Below are positions 29,206 to 38,618 of a stretch of DNA of 64,000 bases, one piece after another (the stretch's first letter is position 1; every line of letters starts with the position of its first letter). The DNA comes from Candidatus Latescibacterota bacterium. GTDB lineage: Bacteria > Latescibacterota > UBA2968. The stretch covers positions 2,304,001-2,368,000 of the forward strand of contig OZ242311.1 in NCBI GenBank assembly GCA_965207885.1, given 5' to 3'. The notes under the pieces were generated by a model. That model was not told the origin of the DNA, ran no database searches, and was given only the letters and a program-made list of their open reading frames with translations. A program made the translations under genes and the position numbers.

Positions 29206-31314
29206 TCAGGCATGTCGAAGAATGATGTTCTGGAAGCCGTCCAAAGATGCCTGCCAACCTGGCGGCACGACGGTGGTTGAGTCCAATTCTTCGATGATCA
29301 AAGGTCCTCCAGTGGGCGCAGCGCAGAGGGATTGCCGTGAACAAACCACGGTTTTCAGGTCATCGCCGGCCGGCCCGAAAAAGGTTCTTCTGCAGCCGTT
29401 TTTTACGACGTTCTCTTCCCGGTGATCCGCACGGAACAGGTCCCGGGTCTCATCCACTCCGAACTCCCGAATGACGCTCGAGACAATCCTGAGGTTGACC
29501 AGTTCGATGGGGTCATGGTTTGCCCGGTGGCCGTAGGTCGTGAGGTGCTCCTGCTCGAATGCCTCCGCCAATGTCGTTAGTTCCCCGGGTCCAAGCGGAA
29601 CGCCGGGTGCAGGCACGGTCAGCTCGGTGGTCTGGTTGACATAGCGCAAATCGGCAAGCCGCCGTACTCGAATCTGTTCGGGGCGATATCCTTCGGCAAC
29701 GAGCGTCTCCACCGCCTGCGACTCGAGTTCGCTATAGAGCCGGTTCAAGTCTTCGGGCCTGACCTCTTCCAGTCTGCGACACCAGGTTCGGACGGATTCA
29801 TGCTCGGGTTCGGACACAAGCAGCCCGAAGGCACTGAACAGGCCGGGATGCGGCGGAATAATCACCTCTCGCATGCCCAGGGCCTGTGCAAGGGTTGTGG
29901 CTACGAGGGGCCCGCACCCTCCGAACGCCAGCAGGGCGGCCTCACGCGGATCTCTTCCGCGATACGTAGAGACGGACTTCACGGCCCGGATCATGGTCGC
30001 ACAGGCCAGTGTAAAAGCCCCAAAGGCGGCCTTCATCAGGCATTGTTGCATCGGTCTGGCCACTTTCTCCTCGAATATCCTCCTCGCTTGATCTGTCTCC
30101 AGTTTCATCTTCCCGCAAAGCAGAGCATCGGGACTGAGATAGCCAAGAAGGACGGCGGCGTCCGTGAAGGTCGGCTCATCGCCTCCAAGCCCGTAGCAGA
30201 CGGGTCCGGGGTCAGCGCCGGCACTTTCCGGCCCGACCCGGAGCCGGCCGTGCCGGTCAACCGAAACGATACTCCCGCCGCCGGCTCCGATCTCCGCGAT
30301 ATCGATGACCGGCAGCTTGAGCGCATATCCTGCGCCTTTGACCAGGCGGCTGCTCAGGTTGATACCGGCACCGACTTCATATTCGGAAGTCCGGGCAACG
30401 GTTCCGTTCTCAACTATGGCGGTTTTGGCGGTTGTGCCGCCCATGTCCAGGGTAATCACGTTTGTGTAGCCTGCTTTGCCGGCCATCCAGGCTGCGGCCA
30501 TCACCCCGGCCGCGGGTCCGGATTCAATCAGGTGGGCGGGCTTCTTCTGCGCCGAGTCGGCTGTCATCACTCCGCCCCCTGAATGCAGAACCTCCAGCGG
30601 CGCGCGAATGCCCATTGACTGGAGTTGTTCGCTCAGGGAATTCAGATATCGCTGCACGACCGGCCCGAGGTAGGCATTAATCACTGTCGTGCTCGTACGC
30701 TCATATTCGCGGATTTCAGGAAGGACCTCGCAGGAGGCGGTGACAAATATATCGGGAAGCGACTCCCGGGCCGCGGCGACCGCCCGGAGTTCGTGCTCCG
30801 GGTTGGCGTAGGAATGGAGCAGACAGATCGCCAGTGCTTCGATCTCCTGCTGCTGCACGGTGTTCAGGACATTTTCCAGGGACACCTGCTGGAGAGGTTC
30901 CCGCACCCCGCCGCGAGAATCCATTCGTTCATCCAATTCGAATCGCAGGCGGCGTGGAACAAGAGGACTGGGCGGGCTGTAAAAAAGGTTGTAAAGCTCG
31001 GGGATCCGAATCCGTCGCATCTCGAGAACGTCTCGGAATCCCTTTGTCGTGATCAGGGCCGTCCGGGCTCCCTTGCCTTCCAGGATCGCATTTGTGGCAA
31101 CAGTCGTGGCATGTGCGATTCTCTCAATGGAAACCTCTGAAATCCGGCGATCTTCAATCAATCCGCGAAGCCCCTGAATGATACCCCGGGCGTAGTCCTC
31201 CGGCGTGGAAAGGACCTTCCGGACAGCGAGCGAACCGTCACTGCCCAAGACAGCAATGTCGGTAAATGTTCCGCCGATATCGATGCCGATATGAGATGAT
31301 GGCGGTGATATCAT
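29206..31314 (-). CDS. hydantoinase A / oxoprolinase-family ATP-binding subunit (pair 3)
   Basis: GIDIGGTFTD, HATTVATNA, ESGPAAG, DMGGTT, IGAGGGS. AGGAGG RBS. Confidence 0.92.
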   Translation of the reverse strand: MISPPSSHIGIDIGGTFTDIAVLGSDGSLAVRKVLSTPEDYARGIIQGLRGLIEDRRISEVSIERIAHATTVATNAILEGKGARTALITTKGFRDVLEMRRIRIPELYNLFYSPPSPLVPRRLRFELDERMDSRGGVREPLQQVSLENVLNTVQQQEIEALAICLLHSYANPEHELRAVAAARESLPDIFVTASCEVLPEIREYERTSTTVINAYLGPVVQRYLNSLSEQLQSMGIRAPLEVLHSGGGVMTADSAQKKPAHLIESGPAAGVMAAAWMAGKAGYTNVITLDMGGTTAKTAIVENGTVARTSEYEVGAGINLSSRLVKGAGYALKLPVIDIAEIGAGGGSIVSVDRHGRLRVGPESAGADPGPVCYGLGGDEPTFTDAAVLLGYLSPDALLCGKMKLETDQARRIFEEKVARPMQQCLMKAAFGAFTLACATMIRAVKSVSTYRGRDPREAALLAFGGCGPLVATTLAQALGMREVIIPPHPGLFSAFGLLVSEPEHESVRTWCRRLEEVRPEDLNRLYSELESQAVETLVAEGYRPEQIRVRRLADLRYVNQTTELTVPAPGVPLGPGELTTLAEAFEQEHLTTYGHRANHDPIELVNLRIVSSVIREFGVDETRDLFRADHREENVVKNGCRRTFFGPAGDDLKTVVCSRQSLCAAPTGGPLIIEELDSTTVVPPGWQASLDGFQNIILRHA

Positions 31315-31430
31315 TTTCAGCCTCCTGATTCGGGCTCAGCTATCTTGATAGAGCGGCGGTGGCGGCAGACTTCCCGAGATAAGACGATCGGACTGAACGT
31401 TCAGCCGGTCCTTCATCCTCGAGACCGTCT

Positions 31431-34403
31431 TCACCACCTGATGGACACGGGCGTCAGCAGCCCGGCGGCCTGGCGTTCCCGTCGGGCCGTCGCGGCTTTC
31501 CCTTTCAGGAAGAGCTCAGGCTGGTTCAAACCCAATAGGTTCGTCGCGCAACTCGTGACCTCCAACTCGATCTCGTTCGGCCCCGGCAACACGAGATCGG
31601 TAAGGTCGAACGTGTAGGGGCGCCAGAGGCGCGGTGCGAGACGATGCCCGTTGACAATCAGTGCTGCCACTGCGGCGACCTCCTCTGCATGAGCCCAGAC
31701 GCGGCCCCCCAGTGGCGGCAACTCGCATCGCCAGCGGTACCGGGCCGTGCCTGTGTAGTTTGGAAAGCCCGCCTCAGCCCATGACCCGGGGCCGAGACGC
31801 CCTCGTGTCTTGACCAGGCACCCGTCGTCCACGCAGAAATCGCCGCGGATCGCTGTGAGTGGCGGCGTGTGAGGCCCATCCCATCCGGGTGTGCGGCTCC
31901 GGAACGTGACCACATTCTCGCCCGGCACGACCAGAGCACGGATGTCTGCCCGCAGGTTGCGCCAATCCCAGATCCGCGCCCGCTCGAAGCCGGTGAGCGG
32001 ACGTTCGTTGAGCTCGAGATGAAACGCTTCGGTCAGATCCTCGGTCACGATCTCGACCGGCTCCGCACCTTCCTCGATTCGGAAGGTCCACTTGAGCTCA
32101 TACTCGTCGCCGGGCTGAACCGCACATGTGGCGGGGAAGTGCAGTCCGTCAAGGTACTGCCACTCCTCGGCGTCAGACGTCCGGACCTGCCAGGCGACGG
32201 CCAGTAAATTCGCCTCGAGGAGTGAGAACTCGGCCTCGCCCAACACCAGATCCTGCGTCCAGCTCTGCTCCGATCCCCGGCTGGCGCAGACCGGCCCGTC
32301 GGTCCGGGCTGCAATAAGCGTCTGGAACGGAGCTAGGTCAACGTTCGCGTCGATACTCCCGGCGTCCCCTGTTTCGGGATCGAGGACTGTGTTGACGTCA
32401 GCAGGCAAGGGCACGGACACGCGCTCCGTTCCCTGGTTGTAGAGGAACAGCAGCGGCTCGCCATCGAACACCCGCCGACTTGCCCGCACGGAGGACGGCA
32501 TCTCGGGCAGGGCCCGGAATTCGCGTGGAATGACGGCATCGAGGGCATTCCTCAGCGGGTCCCGGGCGTCGGGTGGCAGGTCGTTGCTCACGATCCAGGT
32601 CACGCGATCCCGGCCGCAGAGATGTGTGCCCGTCCCCTCCTGGAGTGCGGCGGCCGCTTCACGCCCCTCGTTGTCCGGCAGTGCCGAGAGATGATCGGTC
32701 ACTCGTTTGAGGAGCGCGGGATCGCCTTCCGCCCAGCCGGGCACGCTGTTGACGAAGACCGTGCGTCCCCCGGCTTCCAGGAAACCTGCCAGCTTCTCTG
32801 CGGTCTTCCGAGTCAGGCAAGTGACGTTTGGCAAGATCAGCAGTTCATACTCAGCCTCGGCGGTCAGAACGGTCCCACGGTCCACGTTCGCAGAAGCCAG
32901 GACGTCCTCGAAGAGGTAGTCGTAGTCGACCCCGAGTTCCAGGAGCAGGTTTGTCACAGCAAGGAAGGCTTGCTGCATCGCCTCGAAGGCGGGCGGCCCC
33001 GGGACTCCCCGGGCCAGGTCTTCCGCACTACCCGCCCACTCACAGAACGCTGTGGTGATCGGGTGCAGGACGGCGACCTTCCCGGTGGACCGTGACAGAG
33101 CCAGTGTTTGGCAGATACGCGCGACATAGTCGCCGAACGTCCGATAGAACGGCCAGAACGGATTCTGGTGGCCGTGTGAGGGTGGATACCCGCCCGGCAG
33201 CACCTTGCGCATGCCGGCGATTGAGTAGTAGGCGCCCATGTACTGCAGGAGGTTGACACCGCCCAGGGCGAGCTTGTCGAAGATGATTTTCATCTGCTCG
33301 GGCGTGAGTTCCCAGCCGCTGCCCGTGTAGGTTTCGCAGAGCAGTCGGTCGCGTCCGAGCTGGCGGATGGCGGACCCCCCGCTCTTAGCGGAGACCATGA
33401 AGTGGTCGGCCTCGTGGTTCAGTCGAGGGAAGATGGCGTCGATCCCGGGGATGTCGAGCCAGCGGAGGCACCGGTAGAAATCTCCGAAGAAGAGAATGTT
33501 GTGGCGGAAAAGCTCCTCCCCCGAAAGGTGTCCCGTGAGCGTTAGCCCATGCTCTCGGCACCACTCCGCGCACTGCCGGTAGTAGGCGCTCTCCAGGCGG
33601 CCGGTCAGGTAGTGCCAGTAGTCGCACCTGATTCTCCGGTAATCTCCCACGTTTGCCAGCAAGCTCGGGAGGTGCGCCGCGACGTCATAGCCATGGCGCT
33701 CAAGAAACGTTTCGCGCATGCCATGAGTCCAGGGGAGAGGGCGCTCGGACTCGCCGTAGAAGCCGGCCAGGCAGTACGACACCTCATCCGTAAAGAGGCC
33801 GGCAATCGTCTTGCCCAGCTCTCCGGGGAAACGGCTACGGTAGGCTTCATGAGTGAGCTCGATGAATGCCCGTACCGTCTCCGGGTCGGAAACATCGCCG
33901 TAGCCCTCTTGCCCCCAGCAGAAGGGCGACCACTGCGCAAAAGGGCACACCCCATTCTGTGGCGTCTCGTGGAAGACGGTCGCTTTGCCCGATTCGTCCA
34001 CGCATTGCCATGCAGCGTGATCGTCCTGGGGTCCATGCTCCGATGCCTGATCGTCGCTCGTCACCACGAGCATGCGACGATCGGGGTTGTCGCGGATCAG
34101 GTACCCGCCTGCGGCGCCGCTGGGCCAGTTGTATTCGTCATAGATCCAGAAGCGCATGCCGTGCTTCCTAGCTTCATCGACAGCCCAGCCGATGGCCTCG
34201 AACATTTCCTCGGACAGGTAATCGACCGGGAAACCGTACATGGGGTGGATGTAGAAATCGAGGATGCCCGCGTCCCTGAAGTCCCGTACCTGTCGGCGCA
34301 CCTCGTCTTCCTCAAGCGGGGCGTTCCAGAACCACATGATGTGCGGACGGTAGTCGTCCCCAGGTGTGGCGAACTGCTCGATGAAGTCGTTGCTCAGGGG
34401 CAT
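31431..34403 (-). CDS. glycoside hydrolase, GH106 (alpha-L-rhamnosidase)-like, with C-terminal sugar-binding beta-sandwich
   Basis: YRP..MWFWN, WIYDEYNWPSG, FTDE, GHLSGEE, IPGID, LCETY, C-terminal W.PY.FD......G.N.IE.EV. No signal peptide. Confidence 0.75.
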   Translation of the reverse strand: MPLSNDFIEQFATPGDDYRPHIMWFWNAPLEEDEVRRQVRDFRDAGILDFYIHPMYGFPVDYLSEEMFEAIGWAVDEARKHGMRFWIYDEYNWPSGAAGGYLIRDNPDRRMLVVTSDDQASEHGPQDDHAAWQCVDESGKATVFHETPQNGVCPFAQWSPFCWGQEGYGDVSDPETVRAFIELTHEAYRSRFPGELGKTIAGLFTDEVSYCLAGFYGESERPLPWTHGMRETFLERHGYDVAAHLPSLLANVGDYRRIRCDYWHYLTGRLESAYYRQCAEWCREHGLTLTGHLSGEELFRHNILFFGDFYRCLRWLDIPGIDAIFPRLNHEADHFMVSAKSGGSAIRQLGRDRLLCETYTGSGWELTPEQMKIIFDKLALGGVNLLQYMGAYYSIAGMRKVLPGGYPPSHGHQNPFWPFYRTFGDYVARICQTLALSRSTGKVAVLHPITTAFCEWAGSAEDLARGVPGPPAFEAMQQAFLAVTNLLLELGVDYDYLFEDVLASANVDRGTVLTAEAEYELLILPNVTCLTRKTAEKLAGFLEAGGRTVFVNSVPGWAEGDPALLKRVTDHLSALPDNEGREAAAALQEGTGTHLCGRDRVTWIVSNDLPPDARDPLRNALDAVIPREFRALPEMPSSVRASRRVFDGEPLLFLYNQGTERVSVPLPADVNTVLDPETGDAGSIDANVDLAPFQTLIAARTDGPVCASRGSEQSWTQDLVLGEAEFSLLEANLLAVAWQVRTSDAEEWQYLDGLHFPATCAVQPGDEYELKWTFRIEEGAEPVEIVTEDLTEAFHLELNERPLTGFERARIWDWRNLRADIRALVVPGENVVTFRSRTPGWDGPHTPPLTAIRGDFCVDDGCLVKTRGRLGPGSWAEAGFPNYTGTARYRWRCELPPLGGRVWAHAEEVAAVAALIVNGHRLAPRLWRPYTFDLTDLVLPGPNEIELEVTSCATNLLGLNQPELFLKGKAATARRERQAAGLLTPVSIRW

Positions 34404-34413
34404 CTATCACCTC

Positions 34414-35811
34414 TCAGTCATTTTCGAATAATTCCGTCAGTATTGCCACCGTCGCTTCGACGATGCGCTCCAACGAGTCCGGCGCAAACTTGGCCCAGTA
34501 GGTGCAGTTGGCGTTGGTTTCGTGCCCCGGTCTTGCGCAGGCGTCGCTCGTGGGGAGGTAGCCGACGTATTGCGTGGACATATGAGCGATGAAGGTGAGC
34601 TTCGCAGGCGACCTGGTCTTAATCTCCAATTGACCTTCCACGAACGGCTCGCCCGGCAGAGAAATGATAGCCATGTCGCCGATGCGGAAGACCTGGATTT
34701 CATACATGAATTGCGGCTCGCGATTGCGGCAAAGCTCGATGCTTTTCGTTGACGCGGCATGAAACCATGTGGGATCTACTTCGCCGTTGTCTTGTAGTTT
34801 CAGCGTTGGGTATTCGGTCAGAATGCGGTTGACCTGGTCTTGCCGATCGTTGGGAATATCGCGATACGCCAGAGGGACTTTTTTGATACGCCAATCGATC
34901 GAATCAATGTCTGCAAAGCTCAGCGATTCGATGACGGCCTGTGTGGTGTCCGCCAATTCATTCCCCATGCGCATGTGGTCAGGCGTGAAGTTGGGCGTAA
35001 AGGCAGGCCATGGATTGACGTTGCCACAACATCCGTTGATGACCAGGGGCGGGCACATCAGACTGTTTTGGTCTTTGACTTTTGCGCTCCACGCGCCGGG
35101 CCAGTCGGCGCAGACGGTATTTTTTTCCCGAGCAAACACATTGACCGGATGACAGGTAAAGTGCAGCAGCATCGCGGCCGTGTCACCCTCGGCCGATTGC
35201 GCGCACCACACACCCACCTGTGGGTCGGCAGGGCCTTCCATGTAAACGATGTCCGTCGGCCCCAGGGGTTTGGCGTCGCTGGTGAAGGGCCACGGCATGC
35301 AGATATTGCCGCCGCGCATCACGCCACGTCGATTAAAGGCCAGGTCGTCGCGAACGGCATGCCCCATGGCAACCTGCACTGGCGTTAACGCATCGTTCGC
35401 TTCCTGGATCGCGCGGGTCGCGCCGGCGACTGCCTGCTTCGTATACGCGGCTTCACTACCGGTGATGTGCTCCTGATCAGGTCTCAGATCAAGCGGGAAA
35501 TCCGGGTCGAGCATGAGGGCGCCGCAACTCGGCGCCGAGTGATTCTGCAACGAATGCACCATCACGGCGTGGGGTTCAAAGCCCAGCGCGACAGCGCTTT
35601 CTCGAATGGCCCGGGTGTAGGGCAAAGTAACCGCCAACGTGTCTAATGTGATGATACACAACTTCGCGTTTTTGGCCTGGGCGACCATCACTTTGGCGTA
35701 AAGTGGATCGAGGATTTTTTGAGCAGGGCGGTGTTCTCCCATGCCGCTTCCGGCCAGATGCGTGCCCAAAGGCGGTGTGATGTCGATGGCGGCTTGGCCT
35801 ATTTGAAGCAT
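34414..35811 (-). CDS. neutral-ceramidase-fold amidohydrolase (QNHS variant), close paralog of 24705..26126
   Basis: DITPPLG, DPLYA, HSLQNHSAP, AVRDDLAFNRRGV, HFTCHPVNVFA, NGCCGN.NPWPAF, LPGEPFVEGQLEIK. Start taken at MLQIGQ. Confidence 0.8.
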   Translation of the reverse strand: MLQIGQAAIDITPPLGTHLAGSGMGEHRPAQKILDPLYAKVMVAQAKNAKLCIITLDTLAVTLPYTRAIRESAVALGFEPHAVMVHSLQNHSAPSCGALMLDPDFPLDLRPDQEHITGSEAAYTKQAVAGATRAIQEANDALTPVQVAMGHAVRDDLAFNRRGVMRGGNICMPWPFTSDAKPLGPTDIVYMEGPADPQVGVWCAQSAEGDTAAMLLHFTCHPVNVFAREKNTVCADWPGAWSAKVKDQNSLMCPPLVINGCCGNVNPWPAFTPNFTPDHMRMGNELADTTQAVIESLSFADIDSIDWRIKKVPLAYRDIPNDRQDQVNRILTEYPTLKLQDNGEVDPTWFHAASTKSIELCRNREPQFMYEIQVFRIGDMAIISLPGEPFVEGQLEIKTRSPAKLTFIAHMSTQYVGYLPTSDACARPGHETNANCTYWAKFAPDSLERIVEATVAILTELFEND

Positions 35812-36026
35812 AGCACAATATCCCTGAAATGACCGAGTTTTTGGCTGAATCAGTTCAATATAATCTTTGTCTATAGTGAGTAATACTGAAATCGAACTGG
35901 GTAAGGCAAGCGTTATTTGAATTATAACTTGCACCATCACCCCATCGGGGATAAATTGCGGACGAAAGTCGTTTAACCTATCCATATTGTCATAGGAATA
36001 AAAGCCGAGATCACTAATTATCTTTT

Positions 36027-36863
36027 ATGCACTGGCTCTTTTTTTCTATTATCCTCGATTTCGGTTTTGTCCAGCTATTCAAGCTCGGACAAAGACGCGG
36101 CTGTTACGCGCCAGTGGTTGTTTCTGTAAACTACCTCGTCCTGGCTCTCGCAATTGCCATTTATCTCTTTGTTATTGATGCGTGGACATTTCCCCGTCTT
36201 GCCCTTTACACGGGGTTGGGAACTGGTACGGTTTTTATCAGTTCCATGTTGCTGATGAATCACGCGCTTACCCTCGCGCCCATCGGTTCTGTTGTTACGG
36301 CTTTCAGAATGTCCATTGTCATGCCTATTGTGCTGGGTATTTACCTCTGGGGCGAATCCATGGCCTCAACGCAGTTTGTGGGGCTGCTTCTCGCGCTCAG
36401 TGCGCTGGCACTTATGACTTCTCATCCGGGCAGAACCGCGCAGATCAGAGGAATACAAGCATTTGGTTTGCTCATCGCGGTTTGTTTCTGTCAGGGCATA
36501 AGCCATACGTGCTTGCGATCTGTTCACTACAATGGTCTCGATCCCGTCTATCTGCATGTCTTGATGTTCATCGGAGCAACCGCTGGACTGATAGGTGGTG
36601 TTGTAATCATTCTCAAAAAACACCGGCCACAAGGACCTGCGATCAAACTCGGCATTTTTATTGGTCTTTACAATGTTCTGGCGCTTTGTGTCATTATGAC
36701 CGCATTAAGTAAGTTGCCGGGCACGCTTTTTTTTCCGACATTGGGATGTAGTGTTGTTGTGCTGGATAATCTCTTTGCCCATTTCTACTGGAAAGAACGC
36801 CTCGCCCGACCCGCTATTGCCGGTGTGGGGATCGCTGTTCTTGCCGTTCTTCTGGTTTTGTGA
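36027..36863 (+). CDS. DMT/EamA-superfamily transporter
   Basis: 278 aa, about 10 hydrophobic helices in two repeated halves (LWGE, YWKERL). Confidence 0.75.
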   Translation: MHWLFFSIILDFGFVQLFKLGQRRGCYAPVVVSVNYLVLALAIAIYLFVIDAWTFPRLALYTGLGTGTVFISSMLLMNHALTLAPIGSVVTAFRMSIVMPIVLGIYLWGESMASTQFVGLLLALSALALMTSHPGRTAQIRGIQAFGLLIAVCFCQGISHTCLRSVHYNGLDPVYLHVLMFIGATAGLIGGVVIILKKHRPQGPAIKLGIFIGLYNVLALCVIMTALSKLPGTLFFPTLGCSVVVLDNLFAHFYWKERLARPAIAGVGIAVLAVLLVL

Positions 36864-36875
36864 AAGGAATTCTCC

Positions 36876-38213
36876 ATGAGCCGACCCAATATTGTTTTTG
36901 TATTCGCCGATGACTGGGGTTGGGGCGATTTGAGTTGTTATGGACATCCTCATGCTAAGACGCCAAATCTGGATCGCCTCGCCGCACAGGGGACCCTTTT
37001 CTCTCAGTTCTATGTTTGCTCCGGGGTTTGCTCCCCAAGCCGCGCCGCTGTTATGACCGGGCGTTTTCCAGCGCACTGGGGCATACACGGGCATTTTGCA
37101 CAGCACGCGCAGAATGCGGCACGGGGTATGCCCAATTTTCTCGATCCCGATGCAGTGACGGTTACTGGTCTGTTGCAACAAAGTGGGTACGCCGTGGGGC
37201 ACTTTGGCAAGTGGCATCTCGGTAGCGGCGCGGGCGCGCCTGCGCCTTATGATTACGGTATTGACGAGAGTAAAATTAATGTGGGCAATGGACCGTTGCT
37301 CAATTTTACCGATTTGGAGACTGGCGAGGGTCGCAGCCGATCTACAGAGGTGATTATTGATGAAACGATTGGTTTTATTGAGCGCAATAAAGACGAGCCT
37401 TTTTTTGTTCAGGCATGGCTCAACGATACCCACGCGATTCTCGATCCCACAGAAGAACAGATGGAGCCCTACAAGCAATTCACGGCGAATGGCCTGGAAG
37501 ATAAACACAAGGGCGCGTTGCGGATTTACTATTCGGTTGTCACCGATGTGGACCGCCACATTGGTCGCCTGATGGATAAACTCGACGAATTGAATTTGGG
37601 CGATAATACCATCGTGATTTTTTCTGCGGACAATGGTCCCGAGGATATTCACATTCGCAATGCCACGCATAGCGGTGTCGGTTCTTCCGGTCCTTTTCGC
37701 GGTCGCAAACGCAGTCTCTATGAAGGCGGTGTGCGTACGCCTTTTATTATTCGCTGGCCCAATGGTGTTTCTGCCGGGCGCATTGATAACGATACGCCGC
37801 TTTGTGCGGTTGATTTTTTGCCCACTTTTTGCAATTTGGCTGGTATTGATATCGATGGTTTGGTGCTCGACGGGGAAGATATGACCGATGCGCTGCGCGG
37901 TCGCAGTGTTATTAGGAAAAAACCGCTTATGTGGGAATGGCGTTTCAATATTGCCGGTCATTGTTTGCACAAAAGTCCCATGCTTTCCATCCGCGAAGGC
38001 GATTGGAAATTGCTTTTGAATCCCGACCGCAGCCGCGTCGAACTCTTCAATATTCCACGAGATCCGATGGAACTCAACAATCGCTCAGAATATATGCCAG
38101 AGCGCGTCGCGGAAATGGCTGATCGGGTGCTGGCATGGCAAGATACCCTGCCCGAAGGTCCGATTGATGCCAATGCGGGGTCGAATGCGTATCCCTGGCC
38201 CGGCACGTTTTAG
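36876..38213 (+). CDS. sulfatase (arylsulfatase / GalNAc-6-sulfatase-like)
   Basis: PNIVFVFADDWGWGD, CSPSRA, GKWHLG, ADNGP, K.SLYEGGVR. Confidence 0.92.
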   Translation: MSRPNIVFVFADDWGWGDLSCYGHPHAKTPNLDRLAAQGTLFSQFYVCSGVCSPSRAAVMTGRFPAHWGIHGHFAQHAQNAARGMPNFLDPDAVTVTGLLQQSGYAVGHFGKWHLGSGAGAPAPYDYGIDESKINVGNGPLLNFTDLETGEGRSRSTEVIIDETIGFIERNKDEPFFVQAWLNDTHAILDPTEEQMEPYKQFTANGLEDKHKGALRIYYSVVTDVDRHIGRLMDKLDELNLGDNTIVIFSADNGPEDIHIRNATHSGVGSSGPFRGRKRSLYEGGVRTPFIIRWPNGVSAGRIDNDTPLCAVDFLPTFCNLAGIDIDGLVLDGEDMTDALRGRSVIRKKPLMWEWRFNIAGHCLHKSPMLSIREGDWKLLLNPDRSRVELFNIPRDPMELNNRSEYMPERVAEMADRVLAWQDTLPEGPIDANAGSNAYPWPGTF

Positions 38214-38216
38214 GAT

Positions 38217-38618
38217 ATGGACGCACGTAAAACTGTACACACCTATTTTGACGCGCTTACTGCGGGAGATGCCCGGCGGTTGATCGGTCTTATGTCCCGC
38301 GCGCCCTATTATGTCAAGATAGGTACAGATGAAGATGAATATATCCAGGGTGGTGAAAATATGCCCGGGTACTATCACCACCACGTGGATAGTACTGAGG
38401 ATTTTACCATTACATGCGATTATCTCGATGTTCAAGAGCGCGAGGCAGTTGCATGGTTTTACACGAGTCAGACCTGGAATCTCAAATGGCAGGGCAAGCG
38501 CGAACAATTGGCTATGCGTTTGACGGGTGTTCTCGAGAAAGAAGATGATCAGTGGAAATTTGTCCAGATCCACGCTTCACTCGGCGTACCTGAATCAGGA
38601 GATATGCACGATGGATGA
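38217..38618 (+). CDS. SnoaL-like / NTF2-fold protein
   Basis: 133 aa, IGTD..E, R.TGVLEK....WKFVQIHAS. Confidence 0.8.
   Translation: MDARKTVHTYFDALTAGDARRLIGLMSRAPYYVKIGTDEDEYIQGGENMPGYYHHHVDSTEDFTITCDYLDVQEREAVAWFYTSQTWNLKWQGKREQLAMRLTGVLEKEDDQWKFVQIHASLGVPESGDMHDG

Noticed and set aside
33549-34592. 347-aa plus-strand ORF (likewise 56476..57531, 16017..16976, 54419..55369, 41736..42632)
   Set aside because: All lie antisense to well-supported genes and lack motifs or an RBS.
18326-35811. Minus-strand cluster considered as a biosynthetic gene cluster (ligase, aldolase, aminotransferase)
   Set aside because: No carrier protein, condensation, ketosynthase or precursor-peptide gene; the content is dominated by hydrolases, favouring catabolism.
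36705-37970. 421-aa minus-strand ORF
   Set aside because: Antisense shadow of the second sulfatase; no independent evidence.
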